Position numbers and translations under genes: made by a program. Shown here in pieces: positions 59,801 through 64,000 of a DNA stretch of 64,000 nt (the stretch's first letter is position 1; each line of letters begins with the position of its first letter). The notes beneath the pieces are model-generated. The model searched no databases. It was not told the origin of the DNA and worked only from the letters and a program-made list of their open reading frames with translations. The DNA is from Blasia pusilla (Eukaryota): contig CM114271.1 of assembly GCA_050084515.1 (NCBI GenBank), positions 11,842,001 to 11,906,000 of the forward strand, read 5' to 3'.

Positions 59801-60221
59801 GCTTATCGGCCAGGATGGCGGTCAGGTGATGGCTGGATGAGTCAATTACCCGTGCAGTTTGCAGGACGAGGTGGTCAATCACAAGGCGAGTCTGTGACCA
59901 CGTTGGCAGCTTTCACAGGTAGTGTTAGCTGGCCAGGAGAGTTGTTGGAGGGGAACGCACATGTGGAGGATGTCCTAGTAGCGGATAGTCCCACGGAGAG
60001 ACATGCCATGGCGGGTGTCTCTTCCCATGTTGGCGAGGCCTCTTCACCATTGTCGGGTACGACTCGAGAGCTACAGAGGAGTGCCAACGATCTCGTGAGG
60101 CAAGCGTGGAGTCATGTTTTTGTCCCAGAGCAACGAGAGTCACGTGGCGATCGGGCTCTTGGAGTGGAGACGTTGACCCCACTGGATATCACACCTGTTG
60201 TGTGGCAGTGCCCAGAGGAGG

Positions 60222-61165
60222 GTGTTAGATCTCTTCGGAGGGATTAGCACTGGATTGGCTGCACTATTGCAGGCGGGCATACGGGTGCATCAGTATCTTT
60301 ATGTGGAGAGAGATGAGACCGCGCGGCGAGTATCATTACGTCACGTGGCGAGATTGGTCCAGAGGTATCATGAGTTATTTCCGGTATCTGCAGTACGGGT
60401 ATATCAGCATACGCTACCCACCGACATCTCTTTGGTGGGGGCGCAGGATGTGGATAGACTTGGCACCATTCATTTGGTGATTGCTGGATGGCCATGTCAG
60501 GGTCATTCATCAACTGGCCGAGGATTTGGATTGCAGGATCCGAGCTCAGGGATGTTTTGGGAGATGCTGCAAGTAGTACGACACTTGCAGGAGAGTCAGA
60601 CATGTTCTCCAACGTACATTTTGGAAAACGTGCCCTTGTTGGGAGACACTTGTGCACGTGTGATGACAAGTGTACATCAGGTGAGGTCCTGGTTGGGACC
60701 TGCTGTATTGTTAGATGCAGCGAGAGTTGGGTCACGTGCCCATCATCCATGACTATGGTGGACGAACCTGATACCATCAAAGGTACTAAGTCGAGCATAC
60801 AGTGGAGTCTAGAGAGCACCACATCTCACAGTGGATGCTATTTTGGGCTCAGGGCGTCGATCTCAGGTGGTGACACGGGATGATAGACCACCGTTGGCCA
60901 TGGCCAATAGGGTGGGGGAGTTGAGGGTAGCCTTACCTACCTTGGTGAGCTTCCCAGCATCCCATGCCTTTCGTCAGGGAGGGCGAGGCATGATTTGGGA
61001 TGAGGTGATTGGAGCATTGGAGGAGCCTACAGCAAATGAGCGCGATCGTGCCATGGGGTTCACTACCGGTACTACGGCGGTGCCAAGGATGACTGAGGCA
61101 TCACGGAGACAGGTGTTGGAGCAAGCGATGGACCTCAACTGTCTCACATGGATAGTCAACCTAGG
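60222..61165 (+). pseudogene. DNMT3-like DNA (cytosine-5) methyltransferase domain within pol
   Basis: Motif I VLDLFGGISTG, II YVERD, IV LVIAGWPCQGHS (PC at 60492-60497), VI YILENV (ENV at 60624), VIII LLDAARVGSRAHHP*LWWTNL, and IX-X ERDRAMGFTTGTT..RRQVLEQAMD. Intronless, with stops at 60750 and 60810. Confidence 0.9.
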
Positions 61166-61554
61166 TATGGCTGAGCAGAGACGGATGTGAGTGTCATCCA
61201 TGCCGTCACGTCCACGAGTTGGACCATTGCCTACAGGGTCTGTACAGGCATTGGTTGGGGGCGAGACGAGGAGAGATAAGCACCCATGGACTTCTTGGGA
61301 CGTGGTTCGAGCAGAGAGTGCGAAGGCGGCTAGAGTAGCACATGTTCATTTTTCGGATGTGGAGCATGGTGTAGGAGGTCAGAGTGGAGGAGTGGCTGTT
61401 GCGGAGGTGGCTAGGGTTGCTACGTAGCAACCAAAGCCGGAGGTTGCGTCCTCTCCGAGTGAGGTCACGATGGAGACTTGGGAGCCTGTGATAGGTCTCA
61501 AGTTGATAGGAGGAGAGCGACGTCGAGTTCATAGGTTTCTGAGAGGGCATGTCG

Positions 61555-61720
61555 AGTTGTTTTGCCTTCAGTATGAGAGACTTGGGTATGTTGAAGGATC
61601 CCGGGATACGGATTGAGTTGGCTAGTGATACGCCGATCTTTCGTCGACCCTACAGGTATTCTGATATGGAGTGAGCCTTGATTCAGAGCAGGAGTCAAGC
61701 CTTGTTGGAGGCAGGACTTG
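61555..61720 (+). pseudogene. N-terminus of a Ty3/Gypsy reverse transcriptase
   Basis: CFAFSMRDLGMLKDPGIRIELASDTPIFRRPYRYSDME*ALIQSRSQALLEAGL, cut by the CACTA TIR at 61721. Confidence 0.82.
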
Positions 61721-64000
61721 CACTAGAAGAAATCCTTGGTTTTATGACTAGGTTATATGACTCATATGAGTCATATTTTACATACCACGACTAACAATGA
61801 CTAACGACTACTTTAGACACAAAAGCCAAGTCATATTTGTTTGGCGACTAGGCTAACTAGGATGGTCAGCTTAGATGGAGGTTGGTATATGACTAGAGGG
61901 TGTAGTCATGAGGCCATGACTAACACGTCACTCAGATGACGTGGAATAATGACACATCATCAATGACATGGACTATTTAGTGTGATGTGTCACTGATGAC
62001 ATGGACTATTGCTGTGACATGTCACTGATGATGTGGACTTGAGTACGACTCATCTAGTCATATGTGTATATTTTTCTAGTTACCACCAACGACTCCTTTA
62101 GTCATGGTTGGTGTGCAAAATTTCAGGATATCCTATCAAAATGCACCAAGTATACTCCATTGAGTTATAGTTGGCAACTCATGTAGTCATTTTATTTTAT
62201 TGAAATGTTGGTATGGACTCATGTAGTCATGTACTATGACTAGAAGAGTAGAGTTACATGACTACTATAAAAGAGGACACAACTGGTTTAGTCGTGAAGA
62301 TATGACTATATGAGTAGCGGAAATTATATAGCCATTGCAACAGAACTGCATGAGTCATACAATTATGACTAGAGAGAACTTGAAGCTTACTACTTTAGTT
62401 TTTGAAGAGTACTATGCAAGTTATATTGATATGACTAATGGGAATATAAATTTTTGATATTTTGGAATATTTATTATGCCTTTTGAACGGTGCAAGAATG
62501 AATGGATCTGAATTATTGAAATCCTCTTTTGAAAACAGATTTTGAGGGGTGGAATGTCACTTAAGAGTAGCTTCCATACACCAAATTACAAAATTAATCA
62601 TTATTACATGGGGTTGTCATTCAAAAATAGATAAAAATACAAATATCAAATATAATAGGGTTTATGATCTCATCTTGAAAGAGCAAGAGAGATTATGCCA
62701 TCCATGAAAACAAAGTTATTGCACCTTAGATAGTTGGGTGCCAAAAGAAAAGACTATTCTATTGATTCATCTTTCTCATATGCATCTCTGGCCAGAGCAT
62801 GCTTGAACCAAGAGCATCACCAAATGTTTCCTATGCAAGTTTGTCTATCAAATTCGGCATCCACAAAGCATGTTGTGGTTGAACACCTCGTTTAGATCAA
62901 CCCTCACCATGCCTAAGGGGATGTCTTTGGCATGGAAACCCCACCAAAACCTGATATAACTCCTGACCCAAGCACCATCCTACTCAACTTTGGCTTGGTG
63001 AGTAATACGTGATCACCAATTCGTAGCTAAAAAAATACACATGCATTTAGTTAGTACCAATTCAAATTCTTTCCACATGCATTTGCACCATTGATCTGAA
63101 AATAAAAAACTGCTATGATATACCTGTTTGAAAGACCATCCCCATTTCGGAAGATGACGTGAAAAGTTCACAAGTCCTAGACGACCATTTGACTGTCCAC
63201 AACAAGAATTATCAGTGTCGTCATATAAACCTTGAATAGAAGAGGCCATTATAGATGAGATAAATTACCTTAGTTATTTTCTTAGACGGGCCTGATCTGA
63301 TTTCACTTTCTGCTCATTCAAACCATCAGTTGTAGCCTAGACTTGTCTTTTGGATGGTGATGATTTGGCTTGGCTATCCATACTCACGTTTTCTGCACAT
63401 TATGCACGACAAAGTCCATTGAAGGTTGTAGGAAGAAATGAGTTTTGTTTCGTGGATAGTTTGAAAACTATGCCACAGATAAATTCATTATGCCAAGGAT
63501 GACATACTTACGAGTGATTCGAGTATCACCGTCTACACTTTCTGTGGAACTTCTCCTTTTGTTGCTCCGTTCTCGCACTTCAACAAACAACCCAAGTATT
63601 GAGAAATGAATTGTAAAACCAGATTCTTCACTTCAACAAGTAATTATATTATACGACCCTACATGTAGTGAAGCTAAACTCTCTACTTACCACAGTTGTG
63701 TAGTTGGCATTGCCTCTTTTTGTGTGGAGATCTTCCTCTTCCTTAATTTTCATTTGTCAGAGCGTTGGTATAGGTTCAACACTGATCTGTAAGTTACTCA
63801 AAACAAAGAAAGTCAGGTTGTGAAATGCTCATCTTTGGAAAGGACAAGTAGTTATAACCATTGAAAACCAAGGGCGGAAGAATGAGAATGGGCTACCTGA
63901 TGTGAGTTTCTCATCTGTTGTTGCATATGGTTGAGAATTGGATGGCGTGGAACTAGAAATCTGGTGTGGTGTTGAAGACACATCCTTTGAAGTAAGTTTG
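61721..64000 (-). mobile_element. CACTA-4 left portion, continuing beyond the window
   Basis: CACTAGAAGAAATCCTTGGTTTTATGACTAGG at 61721 (predicted TSD TTG), subterminal TGACT repeats to ~62440, and a TnpA-like last exon at ~62759-63010 (IPLGMVRVDL..FGDALGSSMLW) homologous to 1505-1775. Confidence 0.87.

Larger units (their letters stand above)
55795..61720 (+). mobile_element. Ty3/Gypsy retrotransposon carrying a C5 DNA methyltransferase (Gypsy-B), 3' part displaced by CACTA-4
   Basis: TGTCA start, then gag with two zinc knuckles, protease LDSGA, a DNMT domain and the start of a Gypsy-type RT, all on the + strand and in that order. Confidence 0.88.

Noticed and set aside
60222-61165. Host DNMT3/DRM/CMT gene or bacterial contamination
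   Set aside because: It is intronless, has no PWWP, UBA or chromo domain, has non-permuted motif order (not DRM), and is flanked on the same strand by retro protease and RT within plant TE nests.

Overview
This is TE-dense land-plant nuclear DNA, probably from a non-seed plant such as a bryophyte (inference). It holds one intact host gene, a multi-exon type I/CVP2-like inositol polyphosphate 5-phosphatase (~39.6-44.0 kb, +), between two stacks of nested, decayed transposons. Left stack: a CRE-like RLE non-LTR element was interrupted by a minus-strand Ty3/Gypsy element, which was interrupted by CACTA-2. CACTA-2 was interrupted by a complete CACTA-1 (138-14914, TCA TSD). The stack also contains solo-LTR-like inserts, a Copia remnant and an LRR fragment. 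Right stack: a palindrome-studded region carries a spliced pseudogene with a ParB/Srx-like WDGNH motif and a beta-class N6/N4 amino-methyltransferase-like domain. It is followed by CACTA-3, into which a Ty3/Gypsy element inserted, itself cut by CACTA-4. The main highlight is that this Gypsy element has a complete DNMT3-like cytosine-5 DNA methyltransferase domain between protease and reverse transcriptase in pol (60222-61165). All protein assignments are by eye from motifs; no searches were run.
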